64,000 bases of DNA from an uncultured delta proteobacterium (GCA_963733195.1 CAVTCR010000057.1:2589-66588); one strand, 5' to 3'; counted from the stretch's first letter, positions 28,277 through 37,473 are shown. The notes: generated by a model not told the origin, from the letters alone. Numbers and translations are program-made.

Positions 28277-30273
28277 ATGAAGGTGCCTACGCATACATCG
28301 GTTGGCATGGAACGCAAGCTCGCGGCGATCTTCAGCACCGATGTCGCGGGTTACAGTCGCCTCATGGGCGACGATGAAGAAGCCACCATCCGCACCCTTA
28401 CTGCCTATCGTACACTGATTTCCTCCCTGATCCAGCAGTACCGTGGCCGGGTGGTCGATGCGCCCGGCGATAACCTGCTGGCCGAGTTTGCCAGTGTGGT
28501 CGATGCCGTGCGCTGTGCGGTCGAGATCCAACACGCACTTAAAGAGAAGAACGCCGAGCTACCTGAGCATCGCCAGATGCAGTTTCGCATCGGCATCAAC
28601 TTGGGCGATGTGATTGTCGAGGGCGAACGACTTTATGGTGATGGCGTCAACATCGCCGCGCGGCTGGAAAGTCTAGCGACCCCGGGCGGCATTTGTATCT
28701 CAGGGACGGTGTATGACCAGGTCGAGAACAAACTGGTGCTGAACTACGAATATCAGGGCGAGCAGACGGTCAAGAACATCGCCAAGCCGGTGCGGGTGTT
28801 TCGCATCCTGCTAGAGTCCGATGCTGCTTCCTCAGACAATCAAGCCGTGCTTCGACACGCTCAGCACGAACGGACACCGACTCCGGTCACCCTGAGTCCT
28901 TCGACAAGCTTCGAGGACAGGCTTTATCGAAGGGTGCTCAACTGAAACGCAAGGGGGGACTGTTGCTGGCTGGGCTGCTGCTCATCGTGGCAACAATCGT
29001 AGCAGTCCGGTATTTTTCTCGTCCACCTCTCAGTCCTCAGCCCTCAGTACTCGTCACTGAGGAGGCGAAGCCTCCGTCGCTTCCCTTGCCCGACAAACCC
29101 TCCCTCGTCGTGCTGCCCTTCGTCAACATGAGCGGAGACCCCAAGCAGGACTATTTCAGCGATGGCATCACTGAAGACCTCACCACGGCCCTCTCGCAAA
29201 TTTCCAGTCTGTTCGTCATCGCCCGCAACTCCGCCTTCACCTACAAGGGCAAAGCCGTCAAGGTGCAGGACGTCGGGCAGAGAACTGGGCGTGCAGTACG
29301 TGTTGGAAGGCAGCGTGCGCAAAGCCAACGACCAGGTGCGGATCACCGCGCAGTTGATCGATGCGGCGACAGAGTCTCACCTCTGGGCGCAGCGGTATGA
29401 CCGTCCACTGAAGGACATCTTTGCCCTGCAAGACGAGATCGTGCAGAAGATCGTGACGACGTTGAAGCTGCAGCTCACCTTGCGGGAGCAAGGGTACCTG
29501 GTGCGCAAGACCACGGACAACCTGGAGGCCTATGATGCTACTTGCGTGGGCTGGAGGCATGGAACCGCTACACGAAAGAGACCAATGCCCAGGCCCGGCA
29601 GCTGTTTGAGAAAGCGATTGCGCTGGACCCGCAGTATGCCGAGGCGTACGCGAGGCTGAGTCGAACACTCTCCACGGAGTGGGTCTATGGCAATGGAGTC
29701 AGGATCCTCAGACGCTGGAGCGCGCGTTGGTCCTGGCGCAACAGGCCGTTGCCTTGGATGACTCCTTGCCTGGAGCCCATGAGGTATTGGCTTTTGCCTA
29801 TCCCTATAAAAAACAACATGAGCAAGCCATTGCGGCAGCCAAGCGGGCCATTGCTCTTGCTCCCAATGACGCGGAGGGCTATGCGAATTTGGGGCACATT
29901 TTGATCTTTGCCGGGCAGCCAGAGGAAGCCATTGAGCTTGATCGAGAAGGCGATGCGCCTCAACCCCCGCTATCCGTTCCACTACTTATCCTTGCTCGGC
30001 ATGGCCTATGTCTTGGCGAGGCGGTATGAGGAAGCGCTCGCAGTCCTGCAGAGCGCCACCTCTCCGCAACCCCAATTTTCTGCCTCCTCATCTTCATTTG
30101 CTTGTCAGCTATAGTGAGCTAGGCCGAGATGCGGAGGCCCGAGCTGAGCTGGCAGAACTCCGGCGGCTCAATCCCAATATTCTCTCTGGAGTGGTATAGG
30201 CGGGTGATGCTTCAAAGATCCAGCGGACTTGGAGCGGTATCTTGCCGCCCTGCGCAAGGCGGGGCTGAAATAA
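28277..30273 (+). pseudogene. Cyclase family paralog 3: intact class III cyclase domain ORF (222 aa) followed by frameshifted TM - TolB-N-like - TPR part
   Basis: ORF 28277..28945 has a complete cyclase domain (MERKLAAIFSTDVAGYSRLMGDDEEATIRTL...GDGVNIAARLESLATPGGICISGTVYDQV). ORFs 28963..29400, 29162..29659, 29679..30029 and 30008..30199 continue the TM/TolB-N-like/TPR part in shifting frames. Conserved ...LAALRKAGLK stop at 30271. Confidence 0.7.
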
Positions 30274-30325
30274 TGGAAAATGGAGAATTAAAAATTAAAA
30301 ATGAAGAATGAGCACTGAGGAAAAA
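30274..30325. repeat. GA-rich repeat copy
   Basis: TGGAAAATGGAGAATTAAAAATTAAAAATGAAGAATGAGCACTGAGG. Confidence 0.45.
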
Positions 30326-30408
30326 CAGAGGTCCTTTTACATTTTACGCTTTGCACCTTTGGTCAGTGGTCAACTGTCAGCTTTCAGTTTGCACGTGACC
30401 CGGAGGCG

Positions 30409-30780
30409 CTAGCTTGTTTGCGCAAGTAAAGTCTCTACCAAAGCCTGTTGTTCTTTTCTTGAAGAAGACCCTATGTGAGCAAGTAAATCATGGGAGAGCC
30501 GCAGGGCTTTTCGCTGCCAATCCACAATAGCGGCGAATTCTTTATCTAATCCTGCCTTGATCGCTTCTGTTGAAGAGATTTCCTGCTTCGTAAGTACAGT
30601 TCGCAGAAAGGTTGTATATCCGCGGACAAAAGCGCCGACGACTCGCCCGGAGTCTGGGTCTCGCCGGATGTATATTCCTGAATCTAGAGGAACTGCCTCC
30701 GCAGGTTGAGGTGCGTCCGCATCAATCAGGAGATCAAGTTCATCGGATTCCGGATCGTATCCAAGGGCCTGGATCTTCAT
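30409..30780 (-). CDS. DUF2283-like small protein (putative antitoxin) with C-terminal extension
   Basis: N-terminal 55 aa (MKIQALGYDPESDELDLLIDA...GIYIRRDPDSGRVVGAFV) fit the DUF2283 pattern. 10-nt gap to the upstream ORF. Confidence 0.4.
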   Translation of the reverse strand: MKIQALGYDPESDELDLLIDADAPQPAEAVPLDSGIYIRRDPDSGRVVGAFVRGYTTFLRTVLTKQEISSTEAIKAGLDKEFAAIVDWQRKALRLSHDLLAHIGSSSRKEQQALVETLLAQTS

Positions 30781-30789
30781 ACTTCGCCT

Positions 30790-31122
30790 TTATTTTCTTT
30801 CATACCAGCAACTTTGATAGAACTTTATCCACTTGTCACCGCTTTGTCGGACATATTTGACACTGACGATGAGGAAATGCCGAGACCATTGATTCAGGCC
30901 AGATACGCGGAGGATACGAAAGTATCTCTGCTCTTCATCAGCTGCCCGATGTTTATCAGACTCGACACTTTCTGCCGCCGTCATGGCTGCCTTCGTGAGT
31001 TCGAGTGCATCTTCGATCTCTGGCCGCTTGGCGACATGTTCTTGCCACTGGCGGCGGCTAATTTGGCATTCAACTCCGTCGCTGTCCTGACCGTTCCACA
31101 AAACATCTAGATTTTCTGCCAC
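30790..31122 (-). CDS. Hypothetical protein, possible toxin partner of the DUF2283-like gene
   Basis: 110 aa, no recognisable motif. Called on gene-pair geometry only. Confidence 0.3.
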   Translation of the reverse strand: MAENLDVLWNGQDSDGVECQISRRQWQEHVAKRPEIEDALELTKAAMTAAESVESDKHRAADEEQRYFRILRVSGLNQWSRHFLIVSVKYVRQSGDKWIKFYQSCWYERK

Positions 31123-31237
31123 GCCTACCCTACGCCTACTGTTAAAGGAATTTCATTATGACTGATCTCTAGCACGGATGGTAGAGTCAAAATTATCAAC
31201 CCTCTGTCTTGCACAGAAATGAGGTTCTCCCCGCCGC

Positions 31238-31369
31238 TTGACGGGCAGACGGGGCCGGCAGGATAATCGCCTGCGGTGAAGGGTACACATGGAACGCGAG
31301 CTCACCGTGATCCTGAGCGTTGATGTCGAACGCTACAATACGCGTAGTGTTCCAAGTAAAATACATTAA
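31238..31369 (+). pseudogene. Remnant of a cyclase family gene: promoter (TTGACG-N18-GATAAT) plus 26-codon N-terminal stub
   Basis: TTGACG 31238-31243, CAGCAG, GATAAT 31262-31267, ATCGCCTGCGGTGAAGG as in paralog 2, then ATGGAACGCGAGCTCACCGTGATCCTGAGCGTTGATGTC (MERELTVILSVDVERY...) ending at a stop after 26 codons. Confidence 0.45.
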
Positions 31370-31384
31370 AAAAAGGAGAAAGTT

Positions 31385-32437
31385 ATGGACTTCGGTGTAA
31401 TTTTTCTCGCCAATGGTGAGAGCCACAAGGATGCGGCGTTTGCCGAGAATAAAGGCTTTACCCATGTCTGGGTAGGTGATTCACAGATGGTGTGGTCTGA
31501 TGCCTTTCAGTGTTTGGCCTTGTGTACGACGACGACCAAGAAAATTAAGCTGGGTACCAATGTGACCAATCCCTGTTCACGTATTGCCCCCGTCACTGCT
31601 TGTAACTTTGCGACCCTGAATATGTTTGCTCCAGGGCGGGTGGTGATGGGCATTGGCACAGGCAACACCACGCGGCGGACAATGGGAATGCCTGCGGCAA
31701 AGCTCTCACAACTGCGTACCCACATAGACGTCTGTCGTGGATTGTGGCGTGGCGAGACTGTCCCGTATGAGGAGGGTGAACGTCACCGCATGATTAAGTT
31801 TCTCAATCCTGACAGTGGGTTCATTAACCTGAAAGAACCGATCCCGGTTTTGATTGCCGGCAGTGGACCAAAGACGCTGGAACTCGCCGGAGAAATCGGT
31901 GATGGTGTCATCCTCTTTGGCACAGTAGGTGATAGTCTCTTGAAATACACACTGAGCCATGTCCGCCGTGGTGCTGAGCGTGCGGGGAAGCGATTGGAAG
32001 ACCTATACATTCTGGTGCTCACAGCATTTCATCTCACCAAATCAGGAGAGAGTTTAGCTGATCTCCAGCAGGCGGTAGGTCCATTGGTCACTTCCGAGTG
32101 CAATATTTTTGCCCTCTCGGTCAAAGATCCTCATGAATTGCCGGGCGACATCCGTGATGACCTCATGGCTTTCAAGGATGCCTACCGCACGCCGAATGCA
32201 CCGATCGAAACTCGCCATTTAGATCTCTACACCGGATATTGCGAAGAGTTTAAGCCGGAACACGCTCGACTGGTGACGGAGAAGATGATCAAAGAAACGA
32301 CACTGACTGGTACGGCTGACGAGATTCGCGAGCGAGTTCGTGCAATGCAGTCGCTGGGAGTGAAACAGGTGGCAGTGGCTGGCGACCACACTGTGATGAC
32401 GGAATTTGCCACGCATGTGATTCAGGGGATGAAGTAG
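31385..32437 (+). CDS. LLM-class (luciferase-like) flavin/F420-dependent oxidoreductase
   Basis: 350 aa TIM-barrel LLM pattern (GVIFLANGESHKDAAFAENKGFTHVWVGDSQ...VVMGIGTGN). Confidence 0.8.
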   Translation: MDFGVIFLANGESHKDAAFAENKGFTHVWVGDSQMVWSDAFQCLALCTTTTKKIKLGTNVTNPCSRIAPVTACNFATLNMFAPGRVVMGIGTGNTTRRTMGMPAAKLSQLRTHIDVCRGLWRGETVPYEEGERHRMIKFLNPDSGFINLKEPIPVLIAGSGPKTLELAGEIGDGVILFGTVGDSLLKYTLSHVRRGAERAGKRLEDLYILVLTAFHLTKSGESLADLQQAVGPLVTSECNIFALSVKDPHELPGDIRDDLMAFKDAYRTPNAPIETRHLDLYTGYCEEFKPEHARLVTEKMIKETTLTGTADEIRERVRAMQSLGVKQVAVAGDHTVMTEFATHVIQGMK

Positions 32438-32554
32438 CGTTTGGCAAAGTCGAAGAAGGCAGGAAGTGATCGGTTCCAGACGAACGTAAACGAACACATC
32501 TAGGCTGGGGCAGCTGCTGTTGAGTGTCCGGGAAAAGCCAGTAAGGAGAATATC

Positions 32555-33745
32555 ATGGCGATAGCACCTGTTGATCAGAGTCAAGCAACACCGACACCGG
32601 CGCGTGAGTTAGTGGCGCGTGCGCGTGCGCTCACTCCGATGTTAGCAACGCATGCTGCGGAAGCCGAACGTCTACGCAAGCCGGTTGATGCGGTGATTAA
32701 GGCATTAGAAGAAGCCGAAATCTTTAAGCTCATGGTCCCGCGGTGCTACGGCGGTTTGGAACTTGATCTCGATACCTTCTTTGAAGTGGGAGTTGCGCTG
32801 GGTGAAGGTGACGCCTCGATGGCGTGGGTGACGAACTTCTATATCGAACACAACTGGATTCTCTGTCAGTTTCCAGCTTCATTTCAACAGGGGCTTTTCA
32901 CTGGACGCTCGTACGTGCTTGCTCCGGCTATGCTGGCTCCGAGCGGTGTCGCAACTCGTGAAGGGGAGGGGTATCGCCTGCGCGGACGCTGGCAGTGGGC
33001 GAGTGGCGTGATGCACGGTGATTGGGTGATTCCGGGCGCATTAGAGCAGACACCTGAAGGCAAACCTGATCCCCGTTGGTTTGCTCTGCCTGCATCGCAA
33101 GTGAAAGTCGAGGACACCTGGTATGTCGAAGGCATGAGCGGAACGGGTAGCAATGATGTCGTGATTGAAGATGTGTACATTCCCGCCGAGCGCAGCGTGT
33201 CGATGCTGGAGATGGGCAGTGGCCACGGACCGGGTTCGCGCCTACACGATGGACCCTTGTATCGCACTCCCATGCTACCAATTCTGACCTTGGCGGCAGC
33301 AATGCCAGCCTTGGGGCAAGCGCGCACTGCCGTGCGGAACTTTCATGAGCGATTGGCCAAACGGTCTCTCTTGACTGGAATCAAACAAGTGGACAAACCT
33401 GCAGCACAGATGCGCTTAGCTCGTGCTCAAGTAGAAGTTCGGGCAGCAGAACTCTTGATGCGAGATACCATTGCCGATGTGTGTACGCGACGGAACTCGG
33501 CCACTATAGAGGACCGGGCTCGGTGGGCAGCGCAACTGGCGGTGGCAGTAGATCAGTGTAAACGAGTGATTCAGATAGTGATCGAGGCGAGTGGGGCGCA
33601 CGCGCATTTTCTTGACCATCCGCTGCAGCGAGCACTGCGCGATGTGAATACCATCTCCTGCCATGTCGTGTTTGATCTCGACGGGAGACTGGAAGCCTTT
33701 GGGCGCTTGCTGCTTGGGAAGGATCCCGGCGGAGCGCTGTTATGA
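32555..33745 (+). CDS. Acyl-CoA dehydrogenase-fold flavin-dependent oxygenase component (HpaB/DszC-like)
   Basis: 396 aa with the ACAD N/M/C-domain pattern (GWVTNFYIEHNWILCQFP...YVEGMSGTGSNDVVIEDVYIP...). Confidence 0.75.
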   Translation: MAIAPVDQSQATPTPARELVARARALTPMLATHAAEAERLRKPVDAVIKALEEAEIFKLMVPRCYGGLELDLDTFFEVGVALGEGDASMAWVTNFYIEHNWILCQFPASFQQGLFTGRSYVLAPAMLAPSGVATREGEGYRLRGRWQWASGVMHGDWVIPGALEQTPEGKPDPRWFALPASQVKVEDTWYVEGMSGTGSNDVVIEDVYIPAERSVSMLEMGSGHGPGSRLHDGPLYRTPMLPILTLAAAMPALGQARTAVRNFHERLAKRSLLTGIKQVDKPAAQMRLARAQVEVRAAELLMRDTIADVCTRRNSATIEDRARWAAQLAVAVDQCKRVIQIVIEASGAHAHFLDHPLQRALRDVNTISCHVVFDLDGRLEAFGRLLLGKDPGGALL

Positions 33746-33810
33746 AAAGTGAGGGAATCAGCGAGGCGGAGAAAAAATATACCAAGAGACAGGGACATCA
33801 GAGTTCCCCT

Positions 33811-33964
33811 CAGTCCCAGGCTCTGCCTGGGACTGTACTGTGTGACTGGCTCCGCCTGCTATATTTTGTCCTTAGCCTCAGATTCTGCCGAGGTCGCACT
33901 GTCTGATAGTCCAATTGTCTTTCTCATCACTACTACCAAGCGTTCCCAGGCAGAGCCTGGGAAC
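33811..33964. repeat. REP hairpin pair (outer copies ~105 nt apart)
   Basis: CAGTCCCAGGCTCTGCCTGGGACTG (33811-33835) and GTTCCCAGGCAGAGCCTGGGAAC (33942-33964). Confidence 0.6.
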
Positions 33965-34037
33965 AGATAAACCTTCCCTTGTCGGTTTGCTACAGACTTC
34001 ATCAAGGTTACGAGCTGAAAACATGAAGTATGTTCCT

Positions 34038-34710
34038 TTAGCGCGCAGAAATCTGCACCAATGTCTCTCGCAGCTTTGCTGCAATGTCCTTGGCAAGAAC
34101 CAGATCGCTGATCATCGCGACTGCATCTGCACCGGCATTGAGGGTAGCGGGAGCGCGTTCAGTGGTGATCCCACCAATCGCCACGATTGGTAAGCGTACT
34201 ACAGCACGGATTGCACGCAACTGATCAAGGCCACGAGCTAGTGTAGCCGGTGGCCTTGGTGGTTGTGCCGTACATTGGACCGAACCCGATATAGTCCGCA
34301 CCGTCACGTTCGGCAGTTTGTGCTTGTTGTGGATCATGGGTAGACACGCCGATAATCCTATGTGGGCCGAGTACTTTGCGTGCGGCTGTAAGGGGGAGAT
34401 CTTCCTGGCCGACATGAACTCCGTCGGCATCGACGGCAAGTGCAATGTCTGCCCGATCATTCACGATGAACAAGCATCCAGAGCAACGGCATATCTTGCG
34501 TACTTCTTGTGCGATCACGAGAAAATCGCGGGACGGAACGTCTTTCGCCCGCAGTTGCAGTATCTTCGCCCCACCAGCACAGAGCTTTTCGGCGATCGCG
34601 ACGAACGATAACTCCGATCGGCCAAGTGTGTCGGCGATGGTGTAGAGAGGGCTTGGGAACGAAAAAAGGGGTCGGGGGTCGGGGGTCGGAGGTCGGTTTT
34701 GTTCATTCAT
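34038..34710 (-). pseudogene. thiE: Thiamine-phosphate synthase ThiE, frameshifted
   Basis: ORF 34225..34710 (...IVNDRADIALAVDADGVHVGQEDL...IGFGPMYGTTTKA) and ORF 34038..34460 (...LDQLRAIRAVVRLPIVAIGGIT...GADAVAMISDL) overlap by 235 nt in different frames. The N-terminal 15 codons are encoded by the G-rich repeat. Confidence 0.75.
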
Positions 34711-34765
34711 AGGTATCCGTTTTCTTTTCTTACTGATCCCTGACCCCTAACCCCCGACCCCTGTC
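34668..34765. repeat. G-rich GGGGTCGGGG repeat forming a long inverted-repeat hairpin
   Basis: GGGGTCGGGGGTCGGGGGTCGGAGGTCGG (34668-34700) and its near reverse complement CCTGACCCCTAACCCCCGACCCC (34740-34765). Related copies at 4541-4640, 50866-50900 and 58030-58062. Confidence 0.55.
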
Positions 34766-36189
34766 TTCTTCACTTCAATCTTCAGATCGGTGATTTTCTT
34801 GCGTAACGTATTGCGATTGATACCGAGTACATCAGCGGCCTTCAATTGGTTGCCGCTGGTGTATTCCAATGTTAACTCAATGAGCGGCTTCTCAACTTGC
34901 TCAATGATCGACGTGTACAAATCCGCCGGTGCGACACCAGAAGATTGTTGGAAATAGGGTTTAAGTTTCCGACGGATGACTTCTTCGAGCGACAGTTCAG
35001 CCAGGTCTTCCGGAAGAGACGCCTCTTCCTGTGGAAGGGACAGGTCTGAGAGCGTAAGCATACGTCCTGGGGCAAGGACGGCTGCTCGCAGTAAGACATT
35101 CTCTAACTCGCGAATGTTTCCTGGCCATGGGTACTGGAGGAGCAAGGCCTGCGCGTCAGGAGAAACGCCAGTGACCGATGTTCCCATTGATCGATTGATT
35201 TTATCGAGAAAGTAGGTCGTCAATTCGGGAATATCTTCGTATCGCTGCCGCAACGAAGGCAGCGTGATGGGAACAACCCGGAGCCGGAAATAGAGGTCTT
35301 CGCGGAAGAGTTGTTCGCGGACGGCGGTCGCAAGATCTTTATTCGTAGCCGCAATGATACGAACATCGCATTTGATCGTGTCGCGTCCACCAAGACGGGT
35401 GAACTCGCGCTCTTGAATGACACGCAACAGTTTTGCTTGCAACACCAGTGGCATGTCACCGATCTCGTCTAGGAACAGCGTTCCGCCCGCCGCTTGCTCA
35501 AATTTTCCAATCCGTCGCTCGATTGCACCAGTGAAGGCTCCACGTTCATGTCCGAAAAACTCGCTTTCAAGCAGGTCCATCGGGATCGCAGAGCAATTGA
35601 TCCCAACAAACGGTGCACGCCACCGAGTAGAATAGCGGTGAATCACTTTGGCAATGAGCTCTTTGCCAGTGCCACTTTCGCCCTGAATGAGGACGGTAGC
35701 ATCGTTCTTCACCACGCGACCGATGACCTTATAAATTTCTTGCATCGCCGCGCTGTGGCCGATGATCTGTTCGGTTTTCCCTGGTGTGGTCAGCACAGGT
35801 AGAACGACTTCTTCCGTGAGATGCTGTGCCTCACAGGCGCGGGCAGCAAGTGCCTTCACTTCTTCCAAGTCGAAGGGTTTGGGAAGATAGTCAAAGGCTC
35901 CCCGCTTCATTGCTTCGACGGCATTCGTGAGCGTGGTTTGCCCGGTCATAATAATGATGGATGTTGGCAGGTGCATTTCCTGGACGCGGAGGAGAAGATC
36001 AAGTCCGCTCAACTCCGGCATACGAATATCGACAAAGGCAAGAGCAAATGGTTGCGCTTGTAAGCGTTCCCAGGCGAATTTCCCTGAAGGGACAGTTTCG
36101 ACCGTATAGCCTTCCTCACTCAGAGTGTCAGCGAGGACGCGGCGGATGAGGTCTTCATCGTCGGCAATGAGAATAGCAGGGCGTGTCAT
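34747..36189 (-). CDS. sigma54-dependent response regulator (NtrC/AtoC family): REC - AAA+ sigma54 activation - Fis-type HTH
   Basis: 480 aa. D-box REC (ILIADDE...DIRMP), GESGTGKE Walker A, GAFTGA motif (ERGAFTGA), C-terminal HTH ([13 protein letters not shown]). Confidence 0.9.
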   Translation of the reverse strand: MTRPAILIADDEDLIRRVLADTLSEEGYTVETVPSGKFAWERLQAQPFALAFVDIRMPELSGLDLLLRVQEMHLPTSIIIMTGQTTLTNAVEAMKRGAFDYLPKPFDLEEVKALAARACEAQHLTEEVVLPVLTTPGKTEQIIGHSAAMQEIYKVIGRVVKNDATVLIQGESGTGKELIAKVIHRYSTRWRAPFVGINCSAIPMDLLESEFFGHERGAFTGAIERRIGKFEQAAGGTLFLDEIGDMPLVLQAKLLRVIQEREFTRLGGRDTIKCDVRIIAATNKDLATAVREQLFREDLYFRLRVVPITLPSLRQRYEDIPELTTYFLDKINRSMGTSVTGVSPDAQALLLQYPWPGNIRELENVLLRAAVLAPGRMLTLSDLSLPQEEASLPEDLAELSLEEVIRRKLKPYFQQSSGVAPADLYTSIIEQVEKPLIELTLEYTSGNQLKAADVLGINRNTLRKKITDLKIEVKKTGVGG

Positions 36190-36198
36190 AGATATATT

Positions 36199-37473
36199 TT
36201 ACGCGACTACAGGAAGATAAACGTGAAAGGTCGTGCCTTGGCCGGCCTCGCTGTCAACACGAATTAATCCGCCGTGTTGTACGACAATACGCTGACTGAT
36301 TGCCAGGCCGAGACCGGTTCCTCCACTCTTAGTCGTAAAAAATGGAGTAAAGAGCTGGCCAAGATGTTCAGGGGCAATACCTGAACCATTGTCACTAATA
36401 TCGACCGAAAGAAAGCGCGCCATACGGATGGACTGCGGTGTATCAAAGCGATCAGACGGGGCGGGCGTTCTTCGCGGGCGCGGCGGGCGTTCTGTTGGTG
36501 CTGGGCGCGGTGGTTCGAGGACGGGAAACAGAGCAGTTGCTGAGCGCAAGATGTGGAAATCTGTGGCGATACGGGTCGTCACAGTCAATATACCGCCGCG
36601 AATACCCTGCAATGCTTGCAGGCCGTTCTTAATGATGTTCCTGAAGACTTGAGCGAGTTGTATTTCATCGCCCTCGACATCCGGTAAGCTCGGATCAAAC
36701 TGGGTAATGATTTTCACTCCTTTGGGCGTAGTTCCGCGTTCGAGTAAGAGGACATCAGTCAACACCTTATGTACGTTCATCGGTTGTGGTGTGAAGCGAG
36801 CATGGGGGGAGAGTTGGAGCAGCTGTTCTAGAAGGCTGCTCAGCCGATCAATCTCACGGAGCATGACGGTTGTATACTCGAAAGCTGAGGTGTCGTCTTT
36901 GATGCGCCCTTGCAGGAGTTGGGTCGCACCACGAATGCCTGCCAGAGGATTGCGAATTTCATGAGCAAAGCCGGCGGCAATCACACTAAGCTGAGCCAAG
37001 CGTGTAGTCTGCTGTTCCTCTTGGGCCAATTCTTTCTGATGAGAGAGATTGTGTAGAACGGCGACGAGCCCGAGAAACAGACCCTTATTGGTAAGGATCG
37101 GGGAGCAGGTGAGACGGACAGGGGTCGCCCGGAGCAAGCGGTTGTGCAAGTCCCCTTCTCCGGCGGTCGAACTTTGGCCGGAGGCGAGCATGCGTTTGAT
37201 GATCGTTACAATCCAGGGGTTATTGGCGAAGACTTCAGTGTAGGGGCGATGGCGGACATGAGTAGCCGAGAGACCGGTGAGCTGTTCGGCTGCCGGATTC
37301 ACGAACGCGAGACGGTGTTCCTGGTCAAGGACAAACACCCCCTCTTCTAAACTACTAAGAATATGTTCCCAATAGTCAGAAGGAAACTGGGCAGAGGAGG
37401 GAGCGAGGTCTGGGGTATGTTTTGTGCGCACAGCTACAGCACGTCCCATCGCAGACCATTTTCCCCCTGTCAA
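36199..37473 (-). CDS. PAS-containing sensor histidine kinase (NtrB-like partner)
   Basis: 424 aa. PAS region, H-box (GFAHEIRNPLAGIRG), N, G1 and G2 boxes (GTGLGLAISQRIV). A roughly 40-aa Pro/Arg-rich insertion (EPPRPAPTERPPRPRRTPAPSDRF) lies between the N and G1 boxes. Confidence 0.85.
   Translation of the reverse strand: MTGGKWSAMGRAVAVRTKHTPDLAPSSAQFPSDYWEHILSSLEEGVFVLDQEHRLAFVNPAAEQLTGLSATHVRHRPYTEVFANNPWIVTIIKRMLASGQSSTAGEGDLHNRLLRATPVRLTCSPILTNKGLFLGLVAVLHNLSHQKELAQEEQQTTRLAQLSVIAAGFAHEIRNPLAGIRGATQLLQGRIKDDTSAFEYTTVMLREIDRLSSLLEQLLQLSPHARFTPQPMNVHKVLTDVLLLERGTTPKGVKIITQFDPSLPDVEGDEIQLAQVFRNIIKNGLQALQGIRGGILTVTTRIATDFHILRSATALFPVLEPPRPAPTERPPRPRRTPAPSDRFDTPQSIRMARFLSVDISDNGSGIAPEHLGQLFTPFFTTKSGGTGLGLAISQRIVVQHGGLIRVDSEAGQGTTFHVYLPVVA

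Noticed and set aside
9342-30273. Diversity-generating retroelement or programmed frameshifting explaining the variable, frameshifted cyclase paralogs
   Set aside because: There is no reverse transcriptase gene and no template-repeat/variable-repeat pair with adenine-specific differences. The frameshift sites are not at a common slippery heptamer. Pseudogenisation or assembly error is the simpler explanation.
8462-30325. Possibility that the GA-rich repeat blocks are CRISPR arrays
   Set aside because: There is no regular repeat-spacer periodicity and no fixed-length identical repeats. The units are degenerate and purine-biased, and no cas genes are present.
34700-36300. sigma54 (-24/-12, TGGCAC-N5-TTGCW) promoter near the NtrC-type activator or elsewhere
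   Set aside because: Scanning both strands gave only partial matches, for example TGGCAC at 31917 and 39318 without a TTGC element at the correct spacing. Nothing convincing.
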